A DNA stretch of 62,801 nucleotides, the filler included, from Rhabdomonas costata (Eukaryota), in assembly GCA_019059605.1 (NCBI GenBank). It is 31 parts of 31 records of this genome, joined end to end, with 100 filler letters (N's around TTAATTAATTAA, not from the genome) between each part and the next. Parts side by side here need not be neighbours in the genome. Positions count along the whole stretch, not along the records: positions 50,738 to 52,664 come from JAHMHO010007297.1; positions 52,765 to 54,691 come from JAHMHO010007298.1; positions 54,792 to 56,721 come from JAHMHO010007299.1; positions 56,822 to 58,747 come from JAHMHO010007300.1; positions 58,848 to 60,774 come from JAHMHO010007301.1; positions 60,875 to 62,801 come from JAHMHO010007302.1; 25 more parts are not named here. One strand, given 5' to 3'. Below the pieces are notes generated by a model. The model had not been told where the DNA came from, searched no databases, and was given only the letters and a program-made list of their open reading frames with translations. A program made the position numbers and the translations under genes. Shown here one piece after another: positions 50,774 to 62,021 of the stretch (position 1 is the stretch's first letter; each line of letters starts with the position of its first letter).

Positions 50774-52427
50774 GTGTTCACGTTCCCTGCCTTTGGGTGC
50801 CTCAGCGAGGGGTCCTCCCTGTCTTCCTACTTAGTGTTTGGGCAGTCCGCTCCCTTCACGGGGTCCTCCGCGCCCAGCGGGAGGCAGCTCCGGGATGGCA
50901 TCTTGGCGGCCTTCCACCAGCAGAACCTCCTGGGGGGCGTCTCGGGGCACAAGCTGGCTCTGCGGTGGAGGGATGACGGCTACACCGCGGCGGGCGCCGC
51001 GTCGAACACCGTGGAGTTTGCCAGTGAGGGCAGCATTTCCGCGCTGCTGGGGTGTGTAGTTTTGTCGTCGTTGCCCGCCACCGTCTCCCTCTCTGTCCTT
51101 TGGGCCTTGTGGATTCTTTGCTCTGGAAAACGCTACTAACGTTTTCGGTGTCACTCAACGCAGACAAAAGTGGAAAATGTCTTTTCCTCCCAATTTTTGA
51201 TCATGCCCTCCTTTGGTTGCTCTTCAGTCTATAATCTGCATGGGCTGATGTCTAAATTCTCACGTGCTTGCAGCCCCGCACGCCTGCACACGCAGCAGTG
51301 CCAAGGTGGTCCCTTGCTGTCTTTTCCCCGAATGTGGCATGCGTTTTTTTTTTGCCGAACGTGACTATTTTGTAGTGGTGGGTTCTTTGTTTTGTTGCAT
51401 ATCAGTATGCCCACCCGATTTTCCGATCAGCAACAAATGCGCGCCTGAGTGAGTGAGTGAGTGAGTGAGTGAGCGAGCGAGTTTCCTGTCACCTGGTCCT
51501 GTGGTCAGGTACTTCGGCACGGGGACGACCAGTGCCGCCCTTCCCATCGCTGTCAACGCCAGCCTGCCGCTGATTGCTCCGTACACGGGAGCGGACTGGC
51601 TGCGCACTCCGTTCCAGCCCTACGCCATCAACGTGCGGGCGGGGTACACCGACGAGGTCAACGCGTTGGTGAACTACCTCACCACAAACACCCCGTACAC
51701 CCGAGTAGCTATCTTCTACCAGAACGACAGGCTTTCCCTCCCTCCCCGCCTCCTCCCCTTCCCTCCAGCTCTCCTTAGATTTCCAGGAAGCATACGCGCA
51801 ATGGATACGAAGCGTGCTGGCGTCAGGTTCCCAACCAGCAACCGCGCGTCAGAGGGTCAGAAAAATAACGTCTGCATGGAAAAGTATAGAAAACACAAAA
51901 CCAGAAGGAATACGTTTTACTTGGATGCCAGCAAGCATGCGCTTGCACGATATAGTTTCTGTGCTTTCTGCCGCATTCTTGGGAAGAATGACTGTGCGTT
52001 GGTAAGAGGAAAGCGGGTGCCTTTTCAGAAAAACCTGTGGCATTTCCAAAAGAACGGCACCAGCTACGTGCTTACGATACGCGAGGACGCGCTTCTTGCG
52101 CTTACGCTACGTACGCCAGGACGTGCGCGAATGAATCTCGTGCATAAACAAGATTGAACGTCAAGAAACAGCGGCTACAGGGTCTTTTTCGTGCTCTGGG
52201 CTTTTTCTGGAAACACTGTCTTCGGGTGTGTACCACACAGCTTTGGGCAGCAGGGCCTCACTGCCCTCAAGGACGCCTTAGCTGCGATCGGGCTCTCGGT
52301 GTACGGCAGTGGGTCGTACAGTGGGTCCACGGGGGACGTGCGTCCGGGCCTGGCTCAACTCCTGGCCAGCTGCACGGTCCGCGGAGGCTCCACGGTAGCG
52401 TTATGCCCAGAGGCTGTGCTGGTGCAG
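50774..52427 (+). CDS. Intron-containing gene with a type-1 periplasmic-binding (Leu/Ile/Val-binding-like, Venus flytrap) domain; exons 50774-51051, 51509-51730, 52241-52427
   Basis: VFGQSAPFTG...GRQLRDGILAAF...NLLGGVSGHKL...DDGY...LLG|YFGTGT...PLIAPYTGADWLR...INVRAGYTDE...RVAIFYQNDS|FGQQGL; hallmark motifs of bacterial ABC ligand-binding proteins. The second intron is GC-AG. Confidence 0.88.
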
Positions 52428-52771
52428 GTCTGCTCCCAACTCAGAATCGTGTCGAGAGCGAATCCTCGTGCTGATTCACACTGTTTTACTGGATCACACC
52501 TGCTCACACGGAAACCAAATTCACCGCCACTGTGTTCGAAATTGATGGGCGCAGCTCACGGCTCGGAGGAAGCGGCTCATCAGATTTCTTCCATTATGTG
52601 AAAGGCCCACGCATCTCACTCCTCTGCCTCAGCGATTTGGATGGTATTGACACCCCCAAACCCCNNNNNNNNNNNNNNNNNNNNNNNNNNNNNNNNNNNN
52701 NNNNNNNNTTAATTAATTAANNNNNNNNNNNNNNNNNNNNNNNNNNNNNNNNNNNNNNNNNNNNGGTTTTT

Positions 52772-53832
52772 GGTGTACCCCCTGACCTCACACTAGTCGA
52801 CGCACTAACTGGAGGTGGGTCTGGCATTGGGTCTTCGGTGGATAGTGGGCACACTGCAGTCGTCGTGGATCGTACAGCTCACGCTCAGGAGCACTCCATT
52901 GAGAACCAGCTTCCCTTCCTGCAGCAGCTGGGCTACTCCGACCTTCGAATTGTACCCGTGTGTCTGGGTTGGCTGGGCAGCTTGCAAGCTGTGCGGAATC
53001 TTGCCGCTAATCTGTATGAGTCGCTATGCCTCCACACCAAGCTGTGTTCAGCTTCTCAAGCTAACGGTTGACGACTCCTTTTGACGCTCAGTTTCGCGTT
53101 TCATTGCCGGATAAACCCAACCCAGCGAACTCGCCCATTCCAGTTGAGTGGTTACGGTTTCGAAAGGACCCTGCTTGTTGTACTGTGATACACTTGAGCA
53201 ATCCTTTAGTTTGCTGCATTCTTTTTCAATATGGTATGACTTTGCCCACCAACTCATCATTTCGCTCTTTGAAGATCACTTCTTTCATCGAACTCAACCA
53301 AGAAATTATCCGATGATTTTATCTTAATTTCACTTTTTTTGTTGCTTGCTGCGGAATGGGAAGTTTTACCTTTTTGACCTGTTATACTTCTGGTACTTCA
53401 GTGTGTAGTACCTGTGGTGGTGTGCATCGCGGCCGAGTGGTGGCAGTGATTGCGACCACGGATCTCACCCATGCAGGCCCTGGGTATGGGGAATTGCCTC
53501 CGGCTTTGCGCTCTGCTGCTGTCCCAGTGACATTGACAAATTCCTTCTCTCAAGAAGAGTCTGCAGCCTTGCTCAGGGATTATGCAAAACGGCAGGATCA
53601 GCCCGTCGTGGAGGCTATTCTCAGCGGATCCACGGATCAGCTCCTTATCGCGCAAAATCGGACTAAGAACAGCATGTGTGGGCTATGGCCCGCCCTTACC
53701 GCAATGGAGCTCGCCGCCCTTTGTGGGCTCACTCGTGTTCGAATTCTGGCTTACGCCCTCAGCCAAGAAGTCTTTTTTCGCGAAGATGTCTGTGGATTTG
53801 TTTGTTGCTCTTTTCTGCCGCCAGAGACCTGA
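52772..53832 (+). CDS. MEMO1 / AmmeMemoRadiSam protein B family, 3' part; exons ~52772-53066 and 53402-53832
   Basis: AHAQEHSIENQLPFLQ...IVPV, IATTDLTHAGPGYG and NSMCGLWP match the MEMO motifs EHSxE, SxDxxH and xCGxxP. Confidence 0.88.
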
Positions 53833-54792
53833 AGCCCTACCAATTGTTTTTCCCTGTGGAGGTACTCGTTGTCCTTGAGGTGAACACAGAAATACTCCTG
53901 CTTTCTGGTGGATTTCCACATCCCAAGACCTCTTGCCTGCTTGCACACCGTCCAGCCATTGATTTCACAACGATGTTGCTGTTGCGCCTCCTCGTCCCTT
54001 GTAGCAATGCATTTTAGATCACACTCACACGCCGTCGCGGCATCATGTAGCTATCCTATTCTCTTCTTTTTGTTCGTTTTTGGTGTACAGTTTTGTCCGA
54101 AGAGCATCGTATAGCAGCGCAGCCTGACAGGGTGCAGAAGCATTCTACGTCGGATGATTGTCAGCAAAATTCAAGCACCCATGCTTTCCGCGTCACAACC
54201 CCTCCGGCGACGTTCGCGTCTTCGCTCAGGGTTGTCCTTGGCCCTAAACCTACGGCGGTAATCCCAGGTCTTTGGAAACTTTTGGACTTAAAAACTTTTG
54301 TTTGTTTGTCCCATTGGCCAGCCTTGAAAGACCAATCTGGGTGCAGTTCCTTTTGGATAATGCGGCCTTTGGGATTGGTTTGGCGGGCTGCCCTTCGTAA
54401 GTTCCAGCGCGCGTTTTCGGACGGAATCTTCCCGAACCCAAACCGCCCTTCTTCCTAACTCGCGGGGTCGAATCTTGGCGCCGACGCGAACGTAGACCCG
54501 TCCCTGGCCAACGGTCATAAGGCCGGTGGCCAGAGATGGATTCGACCCTGCTGCCCGTCATAGGAACACAAAAACACAAAAACAAGCAAGAACACAAAAT
54601 GCCCCTGGTACACGAAGCATGGGTGCGTCAGCGCGCCATGCGTCGTAGAGAGTGTCCCCGAGTTAAAGAACCCAGATGCAAGACTCCCCACNNNNNNNNN
54701 NNNNNNNNNNNNNNNNNNNNNNNNNNNNNNNNNNNTTAATTAATTAANNNNNNNNNNNNNNNNNNNNNNNNNNNNNNNNNNNNNNNNNNNNT

Positions 54793-55340
54793 GTGGTTTT
54801 GAAGGCTGACAACTATAGAGGCAAGTCTGGTTTTCGGTGCTGTGACAATAACTGTCGAAGAACGGTGTCTCCTGGAGGGCTCAAATCTTTCGGAGAAAGA
54901 TTTCCTGATCTTGATTTACTTCTGGGCGCACGATTGCGGTGGTTTACGTGCTCAAGAGATGCTGGGTCACTCCTCTGCAACTGTGGCTTCTTGGTCTTCC
55001 AGGTTCTCGCAATATGTCTTTAACCAACAGGATGCTTTGGTCGATGTCTTATGGGGCAAGGACCTGGAAGTGGAGGCGGATGAAACAGAGATTGGTCGTA
55101 AACGCAAGGGCTTGCACGTTCATGACAAGCAAGTCTTGTCTGACGTTCTCGGTGTCTTTGAAAGGGAGGCTCTACTTGGAAACATTGGCAAGCTATGCCC
55201 TGATTCTGATGAGCGCATATTTGGTCTGCCGAACAAGGTGGAGGCTGCTGGGTTGTTCGACCATATTGCCGCCGGTTCTATTCTGTTCGTCGCTGATGGC
55301 GCGAAGGCCTACATTGGTCCCGCAAAGGAACAGAGCCTCT

Positions 55341-55385
<45 letters not shown>

Positions 55386-55600
55386 TCTCACTCAACATTC
55401 TGTTGATCAGGGCGCGGGCGAATACACCAGGAAGGAGCTCATCAGGGGCAAGATCCGCGTTATCAGCACCAAGGGCATCGATGGAGCCTGGGGAAATTTC
55501 AAGATTTGGCAGTGGCGGCCAAGGGTGTAGTAGCGAACACGGATCATATCCTGGGCTTCGCTCGGGCGTTTCAAGGGAGACACAACATTGGCTCCCGAGG
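54793..55600 (+). mobile_element. Decayed Merlin / IS1595 (ISXO2-like) DDE transposase pseudogene
   Basis: Cys cluster FRCCDNNCRRTVS, HTH-like region, VEADETEIGRKRKG, LFVADGAKAY, then HSVDQGAGEY and STKGIDGAWGNFK. There is a frameshift near 54870 and a (CA)n interruption at 55343-55382. Confidence 0.85.
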
Positions 55601-57579
55601 CCCCGTTCGTTTAACGCCAGAGAGGGAGCAGCACAAACAGCAGAAATCAGGAACGGCAGAAATCAGCGCGCATGGCGATTTTCGACTTAAGCCATTCTTG
55701 TGTCGCTTTTCCTCGTCCCGGGCCATTGCTTGGCGCGCGAGCTGGGTCGAACGAACCCAAGCGACAGGCATCGTGTGGTAACGCCGCGTTTGGGGCGTTT
55801 CGGGCGTGGGCGGAAACACGGCCCACACGGAATACCAATGACGGGAGCCCGTGCACGAATGGCCGTTCCAGAAATTGAACGGGTTGAGGGCAGCGCTCAA
55901 GACCCAGAACAAGAGTACACGGCCGTGTCAACAGCACAAAACTAGAGAGACTTACATCATCGTGAAACGCACACTCAGCTGCTATATATTGCAGCATTTT
56001 TGAATAAGCTTGCACCAGGCCGTTCTCCTTGGGGGTCCAGGGAGCTGCACCGCATTACGTAAAGTCTGCGTACGTTTCTACGCGCCAGCACTGGCGCTCA
56101 GATCTTTGTTGAAAAAATGACTCTTGCCTTGTTATGCAGCATGGCCGCCATTCAAAAAACGAGGCCCGCCACGCCTTCTTCGTGAGTTCAAAAAGTACGA
56201 TAAATCCACCACCACAGGTGACAGTTGGCCACAATTCAACAGCGAATCCGCAGAGGTCTGCCCACACAGAAGGCGATTCTGAGAGTTTGCATGCGCAATG
56301 TGTCCAACACGGGGCCAGGTCTCAGCGGAGCACAAGATGGCTCGCTGAAAGATGTGCCTGCATCAGGGTAAAAATGCAACGTCAGCCAAGAGAACAGTTA
56401 ATCATCTTGTGGATCTTACTTGTTATTAGATGCGGAGTGCCAACAAGCGGTTTTGATTTGTTTGTTTTGGGGAGATCCGGTGACTATTTGTTTTATGTAA
56501 AATAACTGACGGTTTGAAAGACCACAAGGTGACGTGGAACATCGCAACAGGAACATCATCGCTCATTTGCGCGAATGGAGAGATTTGCTCTCGAAAAATT
56601 ACAATGATCTGCAATGGGTACAGAGCAAGGTCGGCTGGAAGATCTCTCGAATCTTAACTCTGAGTGGTGAACCCTCCGGGCACGTGCCCCCCTGAGCCTG
56701 CGTGCGCGTTGCCCCCCAACCNNNNNNNNNNNNNNNNNNNNNNNNNNNNNNNNNNNNNNNNNNNNTTAATTAATTAANNNNNNNNNNNNNNNNNNNNNNN
56801 NNNNNNNNNNNNNNNNNNNNNTGTGTTTTTTAGCCGTTCATGCGTTCTTGCGCACACTAGGGAACTCTTTTTTGTCGATTAACATTGCTATGGATTGCGA
56901 AGAGATCTCCGATATGGGAACATTTGTGCTGGGTGTGCCTCTTTGAAACGAACGCTGTGAGGAAATGTATGAGTTTCTATGTTCACGTTCATGACATCTC
57001 TTCTTCCTGTCTAAGATGGACAAGTTCAGGAATACATTGACCTCACGGGCCCCGAAGAGCAGGAGCTCCCTGACTCCTTTGTTTACGCCAAGCTTCCGCT
57101 TTCGCTGTACACCAAAGGCATGCGGTTGTTTTCGGAGCCGGGCGCTATTGGGGCGCATACCCCCTTCGCTGTCAGTGGTCATGGGCAGTTCCTTGTGAGA
57201 GACCAACTCTATTGCTTCCCGTAAGGGATTCACATTGGGTCCACATTGCCCTCGCGGTTACGGTCCGATGGCTGGGGTACAGAAGGAATTCTGCCTTATT
57301 TTTTTTTGAAACCCCTGAGGCACAGCCCTTGAACGAAATGCTCGGAAGCGCACTGAAGCCTCGCACGGACAGATGTGTTATTAATGTCAACTGCCAACCT
57401 ACTTCGCTTCCCAATGCTGTGTTAACACGCGCGGATGCCCTCCTTTCTTTCTTCCTGCCTCATCTTTCTTTTGTGCGGCGGTTTCATGTAGAGGACCTTT
57501 GACGCTGGACATTCACTACTTTGGTGGAAATTTTATTTCCGGGTGAGGAAATGTTTCCACGCACCCCTCGCCCCCACAG

Positions 57580-58747
57580 TTGTGCGGTTCATACACGATG
57601 CCCGGCTACTTGGCGCCGCAGTGGCAAGGGCTGGAGAAACGGGGGGAACCTCAGCTTCGTCCAGTGCGCAGGGCGCAGACGGGGTGGTGGTGAAGGGGTT
57701 TTGGGCGGAGGATGAGGACCGAAGGCTCGTCGAGCTGGTGCAAGAGTTTGGGGTGAAGGAGTGGAGAACTGTCAGCGCGTATCTTCCAGGGAGGTGCGTA
57801 CCCCTCCTTGTTGAAATTCCTTGTTCTCTGTTCAATTGCTTTGTTCTGGAACCGTTTTTTATGAGCTTCTTTGGTTAGTTCTTAACTCTCTCTTTGGGGC
57901 TGAAGCTAAAGCGCCTCGGAAATTGAGTTTGACGGGGTTTTAAAGAGAACACAATAAGTATCGAGAAGGGTGACAAAAAGCAATCGGAGACCATTGAGCA
58001 GCAAGCAGAGAATTCCTTGCTGCAACTCCTTCAGTTAAGATAATGGTAACTCCATAAACGTGTAATCCCGTCTAAACTGTCGTGTGTAGTTAAAGGATTG
58101 GGAAAGCATACTTGCACCTGATGAAGATATTTTCTTAAAGGAAGCTATAAATATTTTGACCGTTTCGTGGTGTTAGACGAATAACGCCCTCGATATGGAT
58201 GTGTTCCACATGGGTGCACAAAAGCCCCTCTGCCATTCAAAACACCCAGGAAAGGAAAATACTCTCACCATACCCTCTTGTTTCATTTTTTTTTTAAAGG
58301 AATTCAAAGCAGTGTCGAGAACGCTTTGTGAATCACCTCGATACCAACCTATGCAAAGAGAAGTGGACTCCTTTGGAGGACCATATCATCTTTGAGGCCC
58401 ACAAGAAGCACGGTGTGCCTGTTTTGGCCAGGAAGACTGTGCTGACGGGTTGGGATTCTTCAAGTCGAACAGTTAGTGTTATCTTCCACCGCACCGTCCA
58501 GCTCCCGTCAAATTTCATTCGACTTTGCACTTTGCCCTCCATCTATTTTGGCATGTCCCCTTGGTATCATTGTAGTGTGTGGGGGTGTGAATTAGAGCAA
58601 GTTGGCAGGGAGGGGGGGGAATGTTTCCCCTTTTTGCCTGACCATCCCTTTAAGGATAACCAAACATCGTTTCATTTCTAAAACCTCAGGGAACCAATGG
58701 ACCAAGATTGCCTCCTTACTGCCCCTGAAGCGAACCGCCAACCACCC
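57580..58747 (+). CDS. R2R3-type Myb transcription factor, partial; exons 57580-57793, 58300-58412, 58690-58747 (truncated)
   Basis: KGFWAEDEDRRLVELVQEFGVKEWRTVSAYLPGR|NSKQCRERFVNHLD...KWTPLEDHIIFEAHKKHG|NQWTKIASLLP; junction phases are consistent. Confidence 0.95.
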
Positions 58748-58848
58748 NNNNNNNNNNNNNNNNNNNNNNNNNNNNNNNNNNNNNNNNNNNNTTAATTAAT
58801 TAANNNNNNNNNNNNNNNNNNNNNNNNNNNNNNNNNNNNNNNNNNNNG

Positions 58849-58975
58849 TGGGGTAAACCTCATGTGCTTCTTGCCGCACTCCTCGGAGACTTCACCCGGC
58901 ACGGCAGCAGCGCAGTGAGAGGCCTCAAAGCTCAACTCCGAGGAGTGCGGCAAGAAGCACATGAGGTTTACCCCA
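58849..58975. repeat. Contig-terminal perfect inverted repeat (40-bp arms, 47-nt loop)
   Basis: TGGGGTAAACCTCATGTGCTTCTTGCCGCACTCCTCGGAG (58849-58888) is the exact reverse complement of 58936-58975. Confidence 0.95.
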
Positions 58976-59399
58976 ACCGCCAAACGCAGAGACCGCGGGA
59001 GACCCCGAAGCGCAACGCGTAGGCTGGCCCGCAAGCAGAGCATGCACCTTGGTGAAGTGTTAGAGCCCGTCTATAAGAGACTCACGAGACTGTGTAAGCA
59101 AATTTGGGGCTTCACAGATCAGTGAGTAAAGCGGCCTTCTCTTTCTGTTGCGATGATGGGTTGTTTCTTGTGTTGTGTGTTGCTCGCCCTCAGCGGACGG
59201 GCTCTCTTGTCAAAAGGTTGTGTTGCGCCTTGCGGTCTTGGGATTGGAGGGACGGCTTGGGTCCCAAAGTTTTCTCGGGATGAGCTAGCCTTGTGTTAGC
59301 CTTATGCCATCCACACTGACCCCTGCTACTGCAAAAGCCTCTGCGCCGTAGTGCCGTGAAAAAATGACATGCTTTCGAAAGGCTTTTGATTCCAACGCA

Positions 59400-60760
59400 A
59401 AAAATTTTTCCAATATGGCTTATTCACAGATACTGTTGAAACCAGACAGTCCAAGCGAAGTAGGGTATTTTCTCAGACGTCAGCCATGACACGCAAGGGT
59501 GGCGAGCCGTCCTGGGTCGTTACAGAGGACTTCATGAAGGTCTCCAGAAAACGGACGAGCTAAAATCTTTGGCCCCCACTGTCAATGAAGTGGTTGAACT
59601 TTTCAGAGACATCGACCGGAAAGCTCTCCTGAGTCTGTGCACAGACAGCAGCAGGCATTCCCCCACGGCGAATTGAAGCCATTGAATACGCGTTCATTGC
59701 CCTGTCCAGCCACGATCAGGCGGACCAGGCGGAAAAGTATGCGCTTCTGGGTGACAATGTCCGCCTCCTACAGCCCTTTGCTAAGGAGGAACCCCCCCCT
59801 CTCATGTTGCAGAACGACTCTGGGTGGACGTGTTGTTTCCTTAGGCAAGCGGCATGCCTTTTGCCAATAATGAGGACCGTGGAGAAGCCGTCGTAATCGT
59901 CAATGAGCGAGAGCTCTTCTTCGACAACAACATTAGTGTCTTGAGGCTCATCGGCGCAACGCCCAAACGCCGACGCAGAAGAGCTGGTCAAGATAACACG
60001 CGCGTCAAATGTCCGCTAAATATACCTCAACTCTGAATTGTGCCTGACAAAACGTTCATCCCCGCGCGCGCGGTAGGTCGACCTTCAGGTGACCAACCTC
60101 CTCACTCTTTCCGAGAAGCTGCCGGAGCAGTTCGGGGGCTACGTCGTCGCCGTCGCTCAATGGGGTAATTTCCCAGAACAGTTCGGCACTAGACCCGTTC
60201 CAGTTTTCTGGTAGCAGGCGGTACTGGCAGGTCCTGAGTTCAGTCAACCGGCTGGCCCTTGCCCTCCAGTCATTGACGCTCTCGGTCAAACTAATTTGGT
60301 TGAACTCCCTGGCTCAATATTTAGGGTCCCTTACAGTTGACGAACACAACTGTTAACTGCATCTTTCTCGACTGGTATCTGGGTGGGGTGAGTTTTCTGT
60401 CCTGTCAGCGCTACTTTCTCAGAGGCGCATCACGATCCACTCAACCTTGACCACAGGAAAGAGGTCCACGAAAGTGGACTTTCCGCTCCTCAAGCGACCC
60501 ACAAGGCGACAAACCAAGTCACATGAATTCACCGGCTGAAAAGCAGCTGCCTGCCTCCAGAGAAGATTTAATTTGTCCAAGAACTCCCCATTCCCCGCAA
60601 AAACCACTTCGGCTTTGTGAGTTGGTGTCGCGAAAGCGCTCAAGGCCTTCACACTGCAGAAAACGTCCCCTTGAACATGGTCTAAAGACAGGTGGGCGTT
60701 ACTGCGCAGTTCCTCCCCTATGGCGGAAGCAACGAAAGGTAGAAAATGAATTATTGGCAA
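59400..60760 (-). pseudogene. Degenerate, apparently intronless P-loop NTPase resembling the AAA-ATPase-like domain usually fused to PD-(D/E)XK nucleases
   Basis: Motifs in order FLDK...GRLRSGKSTFVDLF (Walker A), LSLIDDYD (Walker B) and LIVAGQ...VFNGFN, spread over several broken frames with stops. Confidence 0.45.
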
Positions 60761-61970
60761 AGGTAGAAAACCAANNNNNNNNNNNNNNNNNNNNNNNNNN
60801 NNNNNNNNNNNNNNNNNNTTAATTAATTAANNNNNNNNNNNNNNNNNNNNNNNNNNNNNNNNNNNNNNNNNNNNTGTGTTGGGTCGGCTTCTGGGGCCTT
60901 GCGCTTCCCTTTCGCGGCCATTTCAAACACACCGAAGCACTTCTTCATTCCGCGACAACGCGACAGCAGACGATAACCACCAACGAGAAAAGAAACCCAC
61001 GGTTGGAACCCTTTCAAATGCACCTCTGCGAAACAAGAGAACTAGAGAAAGAGGACCAAGCGGAAAGTAGCGCAGAAATGTTGCAGGGATTCTTTCTTAA
61101 TTCCTGGTAGTTCACCAGGAGAATCCTGAAAATATTCTTATGACATGAAAGTCCTTATGACATGAAAGTCATCGCAAAACAAGACCGGCTCCATATTCGG
61201 GTCACCACATCCCCACACCGTCATTGCCCGGGTTGATGGGGCCTCAGTTCAACTGATTAGTGTACAAAGAGCACAGAAGAAAGCATGCTAGACAACAGCA
61301 TTGCAATGGTTCACCTGGGCCCGCAGACATGGCAGGCAGTTCTTGCCCAGTCGAAGAGGGAAAAATAAACGGCAGTTGACAAGTGTCTATGGCAAAGGCT
61401 CCGCACAGCTGGATGACGCCCACTCTGAAAAGAGTCTCTCCATTTAAAGAATAAACAAGCTGCCGAGGCCGAAATGAGTCATGAAGTTCAACGCCGACCA
61501 ACCGCTCACGGCTGCGAAGACGTCTTCCATGCATCACGATGTGTTCAAAACACATCGAAGAGTAGAAAGTTGGCCGGAAACAGTTAAGCCACATTCCTGG
61601 CCTTTTTCGCAGCCACGGGTCTCTTGGAGGCCTTTTTCGGTGCCCTGCAGAAACCACAAAAGGGCGGTTTACCATGACACCAAAGTTGAAAACAGTACCT
61701 CGACAACGTTTCGGTCCAACGCACTCGCCATTTTGCAGATACGCTAAAAAAAAGTGAAACAACTGAACCTGAAAGCGAATGTGCGGGTACTAGCGTGGCG
61801 CCGCTGTTTAACACCCCAGCAGATTTGTGCAAGAGTTCGAGTTAAAGCCGATGCCGAAGCTTCAGCAGTTGCGGCAAGGTGCGGAAAGAGTGGCAACCAT
61901 CCCTATACCTCTTCGGAGAAACTGCCTTTGGGGCTGGAGCCTTGCGGCCCCGCTTCACCGTCGGCTTTGG

Positions 61971-62021
61971 CTTCGCCTTCCTCGAAGCCTTCGGGTTCGC
62001 CTTCCTCGAAGCCTTCGGCTT
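61971..62021. repeat. 24-bp tandem duplication inside a basic low-complexity ORF
   Basis: TTCGCCTTCCTCGAAGCCTTCGG twice; on the minus strand it encodes PKASRKA(N/K). Confidence 0.85.

Noticed and set aside
17144-60760. A multi-gene system formed by neighbouring genes (capping enzyme, TPR, MEMO, transposase, ATPase)
   Set aside because: Each lies on a separate contig, so adjacency is an artefact of concatenation.
1930-60874. Regularly spaced TTAATTAATTAA palindromes as a biological repeat or CRISPR-like array
   Set aside because: Always embedded in fixed 44-N pads; this is a synthetic six-frame-stop linker.
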